A stretch of 64,000 bases of DNA, from positions 167,834,001 through 167,898,000 of the forward strand of contig OZ024740.1 of assembly GCA_964016885.1 (NCBI GenBank), read 5' to 3'. The notes under the pieces are model-generated. The model was not told the origin of the DNA and did no database searches. It worked only from the letters and a program-made list of their open reading frames with translations. Positions 14,313 through 27,853 of this stretch are shown here, in pieces. The position numbers and the translations under genes are program-made. The stretch comes from Eledone cirrhosa. Its lineage: Eukaryota. Each line of letters starts with the position of its first letter. Within the stretch, counting starts at the first letter, position 1.

Positions 14313-14836
14313 TATTGGTACTCTGCAATAGTGATGTATATATAGTATATTTGATAATATACTGTATGTTTAATTAAAAACATTTTGAAGACCATTCGCT
14401 ATCTATCTACCTCTTTTTAAGACCCGAAACACACGGCGTTCATTTCTCTCTCTCTGTCTATTTACATATCTCTCGCTCGGTACTCAGCCTTTCTATATAT
14501 AGACAATCACAAAGTCATAACTTTCTCTCTAATTACCTCTTTCTGACATCTCGAAAAGACACGGCGTTCCCTTTTCTCTCTCTATCTATGTACATATCTT
14601 TGGTAATCTAGCTGTCGTCTGTTCTACAGTGTAGATGTAATTCACTTCGCGCAGAAGTTTTGTTCAAATTTATTGCGGAAATTTTATGAGTTCAAATTTA
14701 ATTTTGATACGATTGTGTAGCTTGACCCCCCGTCTGAACTGTCAGGCGGTGGGTCAGCTCATCTTTACCCCTCCTAGAGGTGAAAAACCTGTTTTAAAAA
14801 ATTTTGTAGCAAAAAAATTTCAATCGTCTAACAGAA

Positions 14837-16728
14837 ATGTTAAACGCAGCGAACGAAAATAGTGGTGGGGAGACAGCGGTAAGAGTTGTAAGCTCGCACG
14901 CTTTAGTCCCCCCTTCCTTCCCAACTAACGTCATAGAGAAGGAAGGAAAAATTAAAATAAAAACAGACGAATCTGCGGAGAAAAAAAATAACGAAAACAC
15001 AAATCTGGACATGGATTCCAACAACGAAAAAAAAAAAATTTGAAAAATTGCATGACAATACTAATAACACAAACAAAGACACAACAAACACAAAAATAAC
15101 ATTTGAAAATAACACCATAACAGAAAGCAAAGCAGACGACAAGATTTCATTTGCACAGACAACAAAGAAATCTTTGACTTATATACCCGAAAATATTTCA
15201 GATGTGGCACGAAGAATCACAGACGCCAAACAATACATAAGTGAAGGAGAGAATGGTATTTTATCGGTAAAAATGCCTCAAGAATTCACCAAAGACATTG
15301 AAAGCCGAACGGTCAAGTTCCGCACCATCAACAACACTAAAAAAACCTGAACAACCTTCTCAAGCAGATATCAAAACAGTACTCACAGAAGTACTTAATG
15401 AAACCACTTTCATAAGAAAAGATAGACTGTATGGAAGCCTAGCAATTATCATGAAGAACGAATCGGCGGCAAAAAAATGTGCTTTGTCACCGATTCGTTC
15501 GAAAAATTTTACCTTTTGTCCATCTTATATGGGTAAAAGAACTCAACGCATATGGCTGGATGCAATGATGCTAGATGTGGACTACTGCTGGCTCATAGCT
15601 GGCTTCATCGATCCAGTGAATGACAACGTGATTTCCATTGGGAAAACCACAGGCAATGCGTTCAGTGGAACAGGAATAGAGCTGGTAGTGCAAATGAAGC
15701 CTGAACGCATCGCCCAAATACCCGACAGAATCCTATTAGAGGGCCACGGGTATATATTAGCGTGGAGGGGAGAAGGCCGTCCTGCCATATCTGTGCAGGC
15801 AGAGGGCACCTGAAGGCCGCTTGTCCCCAACTCAACAAAAAAAAACCCTGCTACCAACACCAGCTCCACCACAACCACCACAACAGATAAACAAACAACA
15901 AAACTCAGTCCCACCCAACCCGTCCCTCAGTAAAACCACACCACCACCACAACACAAACAGTCAGAACACATTACCCCAAAACAAAATACAGGCCCACCC
16001 AACCTCTCACTCAATAAAACAACACAACCACCGCAGACACAACACACAACACAGTCTAACATAGTGACATCCATCTCCCCCACAAAGAAAACCAACACGG
16101 AAACATTACCAGCAAACATACCTCTTCCCTCCAACACTGAAGATAACCCAACGAATTCGGAGGAAGAAACGGAGTCCTTCAGACAGATTAAAAGGAAAAA
16201 AAGAAAACATGTGCAAAACACACAAGGCCAAACAACCCCCACCCAAATCTCAACACAATCCAACAAAACAGAAAACACCCCTCCAGCAACAAACAAAACC
16301 AAACCTGCCCTCCCCTCTTCGAAACACTCACACCATCCGAAAAAAAGACATTACACTATACTTACATCAACAGAAACAATAATAAATTAAATGAACTCAT
16401 AAACAATAATCCTTCGGTACAAACCGAAGGTGTAAACTTTGTTTCTTCAGAAAACTACCCACATTTAAAATTAATAAAGATCCCAATGAACCTCTACCAA
16501 AAACTAAAAAAGGATTTTAAGGAGGACGTAGGACCACCCTCTGTCAAACCCATAAACCGCGTCCTACTAAAAAGCTTTCCCCCTCCCCTTCACCTCCCCA
16601 ACACAACTCCAAACACTCCAACCCCACCACACACTGACGACCCCACACCACCACAAAACACCCCTTCACCCAACACCCCCGACCCCATGGAAGTCGTGCA
16701 ACCCGAACCCCGGGAAGCGGAAAGGTAG
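14837..16728 (+). pseudogene. Tx1-like ORF1, frameshifted, with CCHC zinc knuckle and P/T/Q-rich tail
   Basis: Consecutive + ORF pieces from 14837 to 16728. CHICAGRGHLKAACP (CX2CX4HX4C) is readable at about 15783-15827. It ends 33 nt before the ORF2 ATG. Confidence 0.75.
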
Positions 16729-16761
16729 GTCTCTACACTCTCCTTTGGCTCTGCCGCCCAC

Positions 16762-19700
16762 ATGGATGTGTTAAGAGTAGGATGTTTGAATGCACGTGGC
16801 CTGGGCTCAACTTGGAAGCAAGCAAAGCTTCTAAATGACCTCAGGTCATGTAGTATAAATGTAATGGTTATCTGTGAGACTCGAATCAGCGTCGTGCGGC
16901 AGCTGGCCCCCACCTTCGATGACTTTGAGGTGCATGCATCTCTCTGTCAACTTGGAGGTGGGGGTGGGGTTGTCGTACTGCTGCAAAAACACCTGGGTCT
17001 TGCCGTACAGGTTGTGCACTCGGACCCGGAGGGTCGTTTGTTGGTGCTAGACGTTGGCAGTAGTGAAAGTGCGGCCTTGAGACTGGTCGCCGTCTACTCC
17101 CCTTTCGGAGCTGAACGGCCCGACTTCTTCCAGCGTTTGGAGACTTTTCTGGGAACGTCGCGTTCCCTGCTTCTAGCGGGGGATTGGAATGACATCCTAG
17201 ATGCACGTTGGGACTATGCAGGAGCATGTCCTAATAGAGGGGGGTGTAACAGCCTCAAGGGGTTACTCAACCGTTTTAACTTGGTCGATAGATATCGACT
17301 AGATTTTCCAACTGTGCCTACCTGGACTTGGAGAAACCACAGTGGTCAATCTAGATCGTACTTAGATAGATTCTTAGTTAGAAGTAAGGATAGGGACATA
17401 TAAAGCTGTCCAGAAATGCGCACGGTTGGCTACACGGATCACAAATTAGTGACCTGCGTAGTCAATCTCGAGAAAACACATAAACAGGGTCCCGGTTACT
17501 GGAAACTTAATTTGTCTTTACCGGCAAAAGAGACTTACAGAAACCGGATTAGCAGATTAGTTAAGGAGAGGTTGACGGGTGCAATCGTCAACAACCGATG
17601 ATGGGCATCTCTCAAAAGAGAGATTAGAACAGAATCAATAAGTTATAGCAAGATGTTAGCTGCCGATAGGAATAGAAACGAGAAAGAATTAACAGGTAAA
17701 TTAGAAGAGGCAATCAAGAGCGAAGATGTGGCCAGAGTGCTGGCATCGAGGACGGCCTTGAGCCAGTTTTTCGATGCAAAGCACGAAGGCTGCGTCATTC
17801 GAAGTAAAATACGTGCTCTAGGTAATGAGGGGGCCAAAGCGGTTGGCTGGGCCCGCGTGACAGAAGCTAAGAGTGGAAATCGATCCACCATCCGGTCGTT
17901 GCAAGACGAAGATGGACGGGTGATCCGGGAGCCTAAGCAGATGTGCGAGGCCTTTCAAAGGCACTTTGCCCGATTGTTCGGGGGAGGCGAGGGTCCGGGC
18001 GGGGGCGTGGATTTCGGTCCATACCTCGACGGCCTGCCGCGTCTCTCGAGCGAAAAGGCAGAGTCCTGCGAGGGACCAATCACGGCTGATGAGATCGGAG
18101 ATGCGCTGAGCCAATGCAGCAGACGCAAATCTCCAGGTCTCGATGGTATACCTTACGAACTTTATTTAGCAATGCCGGTCTTCTTCTCCGAACTCCTCGA
18201 AGCGGTCTACTGCAATTGGCAGCAGAACGGGAGAATTCCTTGTTCTGTAGCCAAGGGCGTAGTCACGCTGGTGAGGAAGGACGAGAACAAGGGAGATAGT
18301 ATAAATAATTTTCGGCCCTTAACCCTGCTAAACACAGAGTTAAAGATTTTGGCCAAGGTGTTAAAAAGAGGTTGGCGCTTGTCGTGGGTGGCCTGGTGGG
18401 AGATGCGCAGACATGTGCTATCCCATCCAGGTCCATTCACGATAACCTCCACCTCATGCGATACATCATAGAGAGGGTTGGCAACAAACCCGGCTTCGGT
18501 GGGGCCCTGATCAACTTGGATCAGTCTAAGGCCTTCGATAGGGTCGACCATGGTTACCTGGATGCGGTGCTAGCGGCGGCTGGGTTCGGTCCTCTTTTCA
18601 GAGGCTGGATCACTGCCTTACATAGCAACCACATCTGTTCTAGGATCAAGGTGAACGGCTACCTTTCGAAGCCGTTCGAAATCACACGATCCATTCGACA
18701 GGGGTACCCTCTCTCCTCCCTTCTGTACGTATTGACTCTCGAGCCTTTACTGAGGAAGTTGGAGTTGTTGCAGGGTATCCCCCTGGAACCAGGATTGAGC
18801 AAAGCGGTGTCGGCCTACGCCGATGACGTAACAGTAATGGTATCGACCGACTCTGAGATCTAGGCGATCGGTACCTTACTGGAGGATTACGAAAGGTTGT
18901 CAGGAGGGAAACTGAACCGGGAAAAATCCATCGGGCTGCAACTCGGAACGTGGAGAGGCAGACCGATGCCTCCTGACGGTGTCGTCGGACACTGGATGGA
19001 GGGCCCGGTAAAGTTGCTTGGGGTCTGGTTTGGACCGGACCTCCAGGTGGAAAAGAACTGGAACGCGGTTACGAACAAGGTCTTTGCACTAACCCAGAAA
19101 TGGGCCAAGTGTAAGCTGTCGCTAAAAGGCCGGGCGGAGGTGGCGAACATTTACATAGCGTCCGTCACTTACTACCGCCTGACTGTCGTGCCTTGCCCTA
19201 AGGAAACACTCGCCACCATGGAACGCATGCTCTTCCAATTTCTTTGGAAGAAGCGCCCTCCTATGATGAGAAGATCCATCTGCTGCCAACAACCTTCGAA
19301 AGGAGGAATGGGGATGCCGTGGTTGATGATGCGTAGGCACGCATTAAGGCTACGGCACCTACAGGTATTCCTCACTGGTCAACCGGTGTGGGCTCCGTTC
19401 GTGAAACGAGCCTTTCCGAGACTCGTCTCACTCACCGAGCTACATCCTGGGTCAAGCAAAGATCCGGAAAACTGGGAGACTGGCACACTGAGTGTGCTCA
19501 GGCGCTCAGGGCTCTCTGGCAAGCGGGCCAGGCCATCGGTGGAGAATCCACCTCATCATTCTATAGAGGGCTAGTGGCTAGCAGGGGCGATGACACCCTT
19601 GGAGATGGAAGAAGACGAACTGGCCAGCCTGTTCGGTAGGACTTTCGGCCCAGGACCATTGGACAACTTCCAGAAGTCACTGGCCTGGCAGTGCTACCGG

Positions 19701-20186
19701 GGGGCTCTACCCGTTCGAGAGAGGCTCTACAGACACGGGCGCCCGGGCAGGGATCTCTCAAAAAATATTTGCCCTAGATGCGTGCGTCACGAAGAAACCG
19801 TTGCGCACGCATTGGTGCAATGTCCGGGCGTGGCTGATCTGTGGGGCTACGCCGAACGACTGCTGTCGCGGGTGTCGCCGATTCAATTGACCGCCGAGTC
19901 CGTGATGACAATCAAACCGCCTCCCCTCTTCACAAAGGAAGCAAAGGCGGTTTTTCTGTGCGTAATAGCCATGTTGAAAGAGGTTGTTTGGTGGACACGA
20001 TTGAAAGGTCTGAGGTCAGGCAACTTCCTCTCTGGCCATAGTCTGGTCTACTTCTTCCGATATCACTTCGGAAGAAGGATAAGAATGGAGAGAGAGGTGC
20101 TTGGCCACAGGCAGTTTTATGAAAGGTGGGTGATAGTGGCGAGAATGGCTCGTGTAAATGGGCCTTCTCTGTATACCATCCTGTAG
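16762..20186 (+). pseudogene. Tx1-like ORF2: APE endonuclease, reverse transcriptase and C-terminal zinc finger; disrupted
   Basis: APE motifs LNARGL, GDWN, SYLDRF, TDHK. RT motifs KSPGLDG, NFRPLTLLN, LDQSKAFDRV, SIRQGYPLS, YADD. Zinc finger CPRC..ETVAHALVQC. Stops at 17401, 17599, 18861 and frameshifts near 18370 and 19445. Confidence 0.95.
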
Positions 20187-20422
20187 GTAAAGAAGTAAAG
20201 GAGAGGGGAGCACCTTCTCCATGTGCTCCCCGGGCAAAGGATTGCACGCTTTTTCGGGGGTGTGTGCAACCCCCATCACGTCCCCTCCCTTTTGAGGTTA
20301 TTTTCGATTATTTTCATGTTACACCCTTTTTACTCGATTGTATGTAAACTCCCCCTTTGTATTTGTCCCTTCTTTTTATGCCTTTATGGTAAATAAAGAA
20401 ATATATCTATGTACATATCTTT

Positions 20423-20520
20423 CGCTTGGCGCTCACCCTCTATATATAAAGTGAGCGTGACGGACGGAGGGACAGACGGACAGAGAGACAGACAGAGACT
20501 ACGCTTATTATAATATAGAT
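20423..20520 (+). mobile_element. Possible end of a non-autonomous Helentron/HINE-like element interrupted by the LINE
   Basis: A degenerate (GACA/GACG)n run precedes CTACGCTTATTATAATATAGAT. It continues a roughly 130-bp tandem unit seen at 14430-14600. Confidence 0.4.
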
Positions 20521-21082
20521 TTCTGCGACAACTATTTTACACTCATATACATATTAATGATTCTTAAATAAACGCTTCGGCAAGTACTGTAAAAATTATG
20601 CTTCGCTGATGAGGTTATAAAAAAGTAGAAAGTTGTCTTCCATACTTGCCGAAAACAAATATGTTAATACTGGTTAATAATATTTTTTACCTCATTACAT
20701 TACTATTTACCCTTGAAATGCTCGCTGCATTAATCTGTTAACTTTACGTAAACAATAATTTACTATATTTATCATGTCTGTAGACAAATATTGAATCAAC
20801 TGTTGAAATTAACGTTATATCGCATATGCAATAAAATATATATCTCGGAGAAATAACAAATTTCCCTTGTGTGAGCTATTTAGGGCACCCATTTCAGGGT
20901 ATTAATCTGTTAATTAAATTAAATATGGTGTTATTAAATATACTGAATTCAATTTGGAAGAAATTCTGCTTCCTGTCCTTCAGAGAACGAATTGGAGTCT
21001 TGGGAGGACACAGGTATCTATAACCATTCTTATTAGTGAAAGGACATTAAATATTCTAATAACGATTAGTTTGTATATATTA

Positions 21083-21196
21083 TAATTGTTTCTACTTTTG
21101 GCACAATGCCAGCAATTACCCAGAACATTACTGGAACTTCATTTTATTGACCCCATAAGGATGAAAGGCAAAGTTAACCTCGGCGGAATTTGAACT
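21083..21196 (-). mobile_element. 5'-truncated SINE copy
   Basis: Reverse complement of the B-box, GTTAACTTTGCCTTTCATCC domain and AGTAGAAACAATTAT end. Confidence 0.85.
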
Positions 21197-21326
21197 ATAT
21201 ATGTTTGTATATATTATAATGAGTCAGAGAAGGATTTAGACATATCTGCTTAGTTTAGTAGTTTTCTTTTTAACTCCTGCTCTACACATATGATACAGGT
21301 GTGCATCCATTTATGACTCTAAGAGT

Positions 21327-21368
<42 letters not shown>

Positions 21369-21369
<1 letters not shown>

Positions 21370-21407
21370 CGAGGACGCGCGTTTCACCTTGCGGATTTTC
21401 AACTCGA
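21369..21407 (-). ncRNA. Minimal type I hammerhead motif with U3-A8 core
   Basis: TCGAG-TTGAAAA-tCC GCAA GGt-GAAA-CGCGCG-TC-CTCGA: 5-bp helix I, GNRA loop, palindromic helix III, GUC site. It abuts (TA)n. Confidence 0.7.
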
Positions 21408-21577
21408 GCCCCATGGACTGAGTGCTCTACTAATACGGAAATGACCTCCCAGTGTTCTACCGCTGTATGTGTGTGTATATATATATAGAGAGAGAGAGAG
21501 ACAGAGAGAGATAGAGAGAGAGAGACAGACGGAGAGACGAGAGAGAGGGGGGTGGGTCATAGATACATAATACATAC

Positions 21578-21971
21578 ATGGTGGCTGCCAACTCGTTTTC
21601 GAGTACGGCCACTACTTTATATCCATATAGGAGAACCCCTACCGATGCGCTGAACGAGTGTGACTTTTTAGTCCAGCCAGCGACTTCAAAACTCTGGTAC
21701 AAACACTACACTTGTGACAGAGTTTTCTTTCTCCTAGAATTCTGCCTTGACAAAGGCTAAGGGGTCATCTCTCCCGGTGATTTTGGATGGCCATTGACTC
21801 TTAAGAGCTCCTTTGCCCTTTGACAGGTTTTGTTTTTAGTCCTGCAGGATGTCCAAAGTCAGCCTCCTCACCAAAAAACCTTGGTGGGGTTGCCAGTTTA
21901 GTCGCCAACGACCCGTCCATGGGACAGGTTGTACTGGGATACATGTTACCAGTAGCACCAACTGGTGATCT
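21578..21971 (-). mobile_element. Non-autonomous element with RTE-like 5' leader and (ATGT)n tail, copy 1 (internally deleted)
   Basis: Near-identical to 57844-58437 at both ends and flanked by (CATA)n. The minus strand has CTAGGAGAAAGAAAACTCT and CTGGCAACCCCACC, which resemble RTE 5' UTRs as I recall them. Confidence 0.6.
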
Positions 21972-22048
21972 GACATACATACATACATACATACATACAT
22001 ACATACATACATACATACATACATACATACATACATACATACATACAT

Positions 22049-22850
22049 GGGATAAACCACTCAAAAAGCCTGGCATGGAGTTCCGACAAGCTTATGACAT
22101 CACACCTTGAGGGACATCTCTATGCAATACAGGAACAAGAACTCCCTACCAAATATCTGCTGCACAAAAGAGGAGGGCAAGCAGCTGACAATAAATGTAG
22201 GCTATGTAAAACAAAGATCGAGGATGTAAGCCACATTGTTGCCAGCTGCGAAAGAATGTCATCTCGCTACTACCTCCCCATGAGACACGGTGGGATAGCT
22301 AGAACCATCTGGAACGCACTTCGGAAAACAAAATTAACAACAAACGAGGAAGAATATATTGAGACAGATGGCACTAAGGAATACTGGTGGAACCTGAAAA
22401 TAAAAACTACCACCAAATTAAAGCACAACCGGCCTGATATTGTTGTTTGGGACCACACATTGAAAACGTGTTCTGTTGTGGGGATCAGCTGCCCACTTGA
22501 TGTAAACGTTGTCAGAAAAATACAGGAGAAGGAGGACATCTACGGACAATTGATGAGGAGTTTACAAATCCAGTATCCAAGATACACCTTTAGCCTCATA
22601 CCCATCATTATTGGAGCTACGGGTTATATACCAACCCGCTTGGACCAAAGTATGACTGAACTTGGATTTGCGGACAAAAAGCGCAGCTCCCTAATTCATA
22701 GTCTACAAATGGCTGTGATAGCTGGCACCTTCAAAATTTGCAAAACATTCTTGCGATTCAAGGGATGACAATTTCTTTTCTTTTATAACCTTGCCACCAG
22801 GAAGGTGGCCGGTCAAATAAATATACTCGAAATTAAGAGAAAGAGATAAC
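22049..22850 (+). mobile_element. 5'-truncated R4/Dong-like non-LTR retrotransposon (CCHC plus restriction-like endonuclease)
   Basis: ORF 22094-22768 has AIQEQ, CRLC..EDVSHIVASC, RH, HNRPDIVVWD, ISCP, EK..Y and IPIIIGATG. A short 3' UTR runs into ACATACATACAT. Confidence 0.85.
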
Positions 22851-23241
22851 ATACATACATATATGCTTTTATACATACGTACATATTTATAATTCATATA
22901 GAAATAACTTCTAAAGGGCTACTTCTGTAGAAATCATTTTTATATGAAGTAAATTTCGACCTTATTTAACTGAAGTCTTTATTACATTTCCCTTCGTTAT
23001 ATACGTGACTTTATTTACCGTTTCAATTACGAAGTGAAGGCACATTCTGTTATTTCTATCTAATCTCACTAATGTATACTTCTGTTTATTTAAAGAAGTT
23101 TTATTTCTTATCGGTATATTTACTTATGTAAGTTATATTATTTCATTTGACTCTGACAATCTAGTTGTTCAAGAATTTCATTCCTTGTTGGATCAGTGAA
23201 ATGAATTTATGTCGATTAAAATGATTTAATATATTAATATT

Positions 23242-23292
<51 letters not shown>

Positions 23293-26288
23293 GTGTGTGT
23301 GTGCACGCTTTCGTACGAGTATGTTTGTGCGTGCCTGCACACGTGTGCATCCTAGTAATGTAATATTTCATAATTAGATTGTCTCAGGTCACATATAAGG
23401 TAAATACAGAACGGCAGGGTGAAGTTTGGACATATACTATATTATAAGTAGATTAGTGGTGGTTACATGATATGAAGATAGATGAGAAACGGGTGTCCTG
23501 TTGCAGCATGCGTCTGTTGTTCTCTCTCTCTCTCTCCCTCTCCATCTCCTGACTCCCTTTAACTCTTGCTCTCTCTTTCAATTTCATTTTCACCATTTTC
23601 TCTCATTCCCAAACAAATGGGATGGGGAAGCGTTCGTTTATATCTCTTGACAACAGGATTCCGAGAATATATCCATTCATATGTCGATTGTTTCTTTATC
23701 AGATGAATAACCTCTGAAGAATTTACTCTGAAGAATAACAGGGAGCAGGAGAGATGAGGATAAAGAAAGAGACACGCAGAGAAGGAAAAGAAAGAGATGG
23801 ATGGCGGCATAACATACATTTGGCAGGAATTGGGGTGGAGATGAAAGTGAAACAAACGTTGTCGATGACATTATGAACCCTATAATCTATCTCCTCATCA
23901 ACCAGAACCTCCTTCTACTCCTCATCTGTATTATCATAACATCAATAGTCACAACCTACGTATGTGTGTGTCTGCGCACCTGCGCGTGTGTATGCACATG
24001 CCATAGCATGCAATGTAAAATTTTGCGACTAGTGTTTCAGCCATCACTAATTCGGAAAAGATGATGAAAGCTGTGCTTTACTGAAGAGCACAGAACAAAC
24101 TGAAACATGCCTTGAGTCATCTTCTATAACTACTGTAAAATAAAATAAATAATATGCACAATTAGTAATTACCTTGTCTGCTGGGTGGGGGCGTATTATA
24201 GCATATTATAGTTAGCATTATAATACTCCCTGAATTAATTCTGTTAACACTAAATTGATTATTGTTTTGCATGCGCATGACATGTTGGAAAAATGTATTC
24301 TCTAATTAGTTTTATATTCGTACGTCAACAAATATGAAATCCTGTACGTTTACTTTACTTGATGATCTGTTCATCTTCACTCAAGAAAGCAACGGTAAGA
24401 ATAAATCTGAGAAATTTCAGAGTTGTTTATTCTTGTTGTTTTTATTCCTAGGTCAGTTCTGATTGAGTAGTCCCCCTATGTATGTATCATGCTTCGTCAA
24501 ACGACGAGGTATGACCTAAAGTTTGTTGTTCCAGTTATATCATGCCTATAACTGTAGTGCAATGTAAAGTATATGCTCTCTTGGTTCGATATGAACGTAA
24601 AGCGAGATAAGAGTTATTATGACCGTCAAACATTACAAAAGAGCCGCATGATGTAATTGTAATATTTGTAAGTATAATTCGAAACAGTATATGTCCGACA
24701 TTTTTCTATTTTATAGCGTTCTTTTCCAGACAATGTCGACATTATTGAAATATTTGTATACCTATAGTTATTTACAAGAGATGCTGACATAAATATTGAT
24801 GATTCAACGACACCATCCGCATGACAAAATCAAAACGGAAGCTAGTATTAGCATATTTAAAGTGTAGGCCATTAAAAACGAAGCTAAAAATAAATATGTA
24901 AAGGGCAATAACGCTACTAGTCATTTACTATTTTTTTCTTCTCGGCAAACACGAGTGATAACTCCGGAAATGTTTGTAAAAGCAATTTTGCTTTGTTTAA
25001 TGGTGGGTGATTGTGCTTAGGGGATATGTTGATGGCCAGCAAAACGCTGGAGGATCGTATACGAAGTAACTTGGTGTGAAGTGTGTGGTGCAGTAGGTGA
25101 TGGATGAGGTGTTGCCAGATCTGGACTACTGAAGTAAAGGCTTGTTTGTTTATTGCGTTATCTTTTTTGTTATCCCTAATATTTGAAAACCAGGATGTTT
25201 TAAGAGTCCTGAAATCTCTCTCAGTGACAACGGTTGGGAGAGTAAATATTTTTCATGTAAGATCTGTAGTGATATACATGTGTGTGTGTGTGTGTGTATG
25301 TGTGCGTGCGAGTCTGTTAATCGAATTTGCTTTGCGTTGTTTCCACATATTGGATGATGTAGTCATATATGACACTATGAGTAATTTTAGACACGTGAAA
25401 GAGATGGTGGATTGTCTGGCGACATTCTTCATGTTTGATTTCGCGAATTTTTCCAATTTTTTTTTTACATTTGGTTATAGACGGTCACACTGAAATCTCA
25501 CCATCTTGGAGAGACAATCGACTGGCCCCGAAACGAGCCTGTCACTCAAATCCTGTGTCCCACCTAAAAATACTTGTCAGTAAAGCATTTTGAGGCTTCG
25601 TCTAGCAGATTTGACGATGTTCATATAAAATATGATGAAAGCACATTGTTGGGATTTGTAGACTTCCGTATAAATCTCTGAGATTCTAACAAAACAACAA
25701 AATCTCGTGTAATAATTGTACGCAAGCTGATATCATGAAACTTATTTGTGGACTAACTCCGCAGGCTTGTTACCAATGGTCGTCAGCTGGACGTACATTT
25801 CCGTTGAACAATACAAACACAGCACGTGTTGTTTGTAAACTTCTAACACCTTACGTGTCTCTGCCTATCATATATGGTCATGGAGCAGGAAAGAGAAAAG
25901 GAGAGATACAGATAAACAGAAGGTTATTAATGATTTAATCAGCAGTTAATGTTTGTATATTTCCGCTCGATATTACACTGAGTGGATAAACCAACATTTT
26001 AGTAAATTTTAATGATAAAAGTTATTGCAGTTCAAACATTTTATTTTATTCAAAATAAAACATAGGTGGAAAGAGACGGCGGGTTTTATCTCGTTATCGT
26101 AAACATTGTAATAATCCCTCACCAGCACAACTTAACATGTAACGCTTCTATCGATGGTCATAACAATCGCATGCTCTAGAAAACCACACTGATGAAAATG
26201 GAGAAAGTTAATTTCGAAATTATCCAATGACTATCTTACTTTAGTAATGTTCCAATAAGTTGAAGAATCAGAATTTCTTACGTTGTTA

Positions 26289-26314
26289 ATAGATAGAGAA
26301 ATAGATAGATAGAT

Positions 26315-26395
<81 letters not shown>

Positions 26396-26399
26396 TATT

Positions 26400-26457
<58 letters not shown>
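26289..26457. repeat. (GATA)n microsatellite
   Basis: Directly visible. Confidence 0.95.
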
Positions 26458-27432
26458 GTGACGAGGTATAATGAGGCTAATTACTAGATGCTTCAATTAA
26501 CCGTAGTCTGTGAAGGTTGAGCAGGTTTGATTGCTTCTAGGTCTCTAAATTTCGTTTGCATTAGCAAACCTTCAATTAAATAATAAGAGCATCAAATGTA
26601 GATATAAGAGATTATGCATTTGAAGGGGGGGGGGGGGGCATATATATATATGTATGTATAAATATAACCCAAACGCACACACATATACACATACCTATAC
26701 TCACGCGTGCACTCACATATATTCATATATGTCTATATATGAATATATATATATATATATACGTAGGCATATTTAAATACATATGTATGCATATATATGC
26801 GTGTACGTTCGCAATTATCTAGTGATACGTTGAGGTGTATATGTTTGTGTGTTTATGGGGAATGTAATTTTGGGGGGTTTTCATGAGGAAATTATAAATG
26901 TCTACTTTTTTATAGTTTCAGGTTTTCCATGGGAAGATAAGTAAAACAAGAAAGGGACACTTATGGGGGAATCAACCTACGTAACTGCTAAAACTGTGGG
27001 ACAGGTGTGTTCAACTAATCAGTATTAATAAATATCTCCATGGGGAACTTCGGCGATGATAATGATTTTATCAATTACAACATCATTCAGATGATCCCTT
27101 ACTACTTAGTTTAATACGTGACAAGAATGCATCTCTATCATTAATTCATTCAAACGATGAAGCCAAGAAGTTCTACGGTCGTCAAGTTCTAAACAATGTT
27201 ATCAACCCTAACATAACATTAAAGACTACTAAGAAGGAAAAATGTTGTTGTTGTTTTTTTCAACCTAAACCCTTAACAACAACAAAAACAACAGCACCAC
27301 CACCACCAGTAAGGACAATAACAACAAAAACAACAACATCAGCAACAACCTCACGTTCTGGCCAGAGAAATTAATTAGTAGTGGTGAAGTTTTACTGGGG
27401 TACTATATGAACCAATGTTATTTTGAAAAAAG

Positions 27433-27617
27433 GCGGTGGATTGGCAGTATCGGTAGAGGCTCGGACGCCATGCTTTGACGTATAGAGTTACGGCCCTTGC
27501 CATTCTGAATTCAAATCCCGCCGAGGTTAACTTTGCCTTTCATCCTTACGGGGTCGATAAAATAAAGTACCAGTAATGCACTGGGTAATTGCTGGCCTTG
27601 TGCCTAACGTAGAAACA
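27433..27617 (+). mobile_element. tRNA-derived SINE with 16-bp TSD
   Basis: Full family sequence. TSD GTTATTTTGAAAAAAG at 27417-27432 and 27618-27633. Confidence 0.92.
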
Positions 27618-27783
27618 GTTATTTTGAAAAAAGACTTGAACAGCTGTTTGAAGCTAAACTCACACACAACTTTCAAATAATCTGGTTGGGATATCTTTAG
27701 TAATATTTTACTCTGATACTCTTTCGCTGGTTTCAGACAGTAAATCTACATAGCGAAACGGACACGCACACACGCGCATAGAG

Positions 27784-27853
<70 letters not shown>

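Larger units (their letters stand above)
14602..20403 (+). mobile_element. Full-length, decayed Tx1/L1-group non-LTR retrotransposon (family A)
   Basis: Two-ORF layout, 3' UTR ending AATAAAGAAATA, and an exact 19-bp TSD TATCTATGTACATATCTTT at 14583-14601 and 20404-20422. Confidence 0.92.

Noticed and set aside
15582-20347. Antisense ORFs over the LINE
   Set aside because: Shadow frames of the GC-richer retrotransposon sequence.
20577-20652. CTGATGA...GAAA inside an 11-bp inverted repeat
   Set aside because: No helix II or helix I in hammerhead register.
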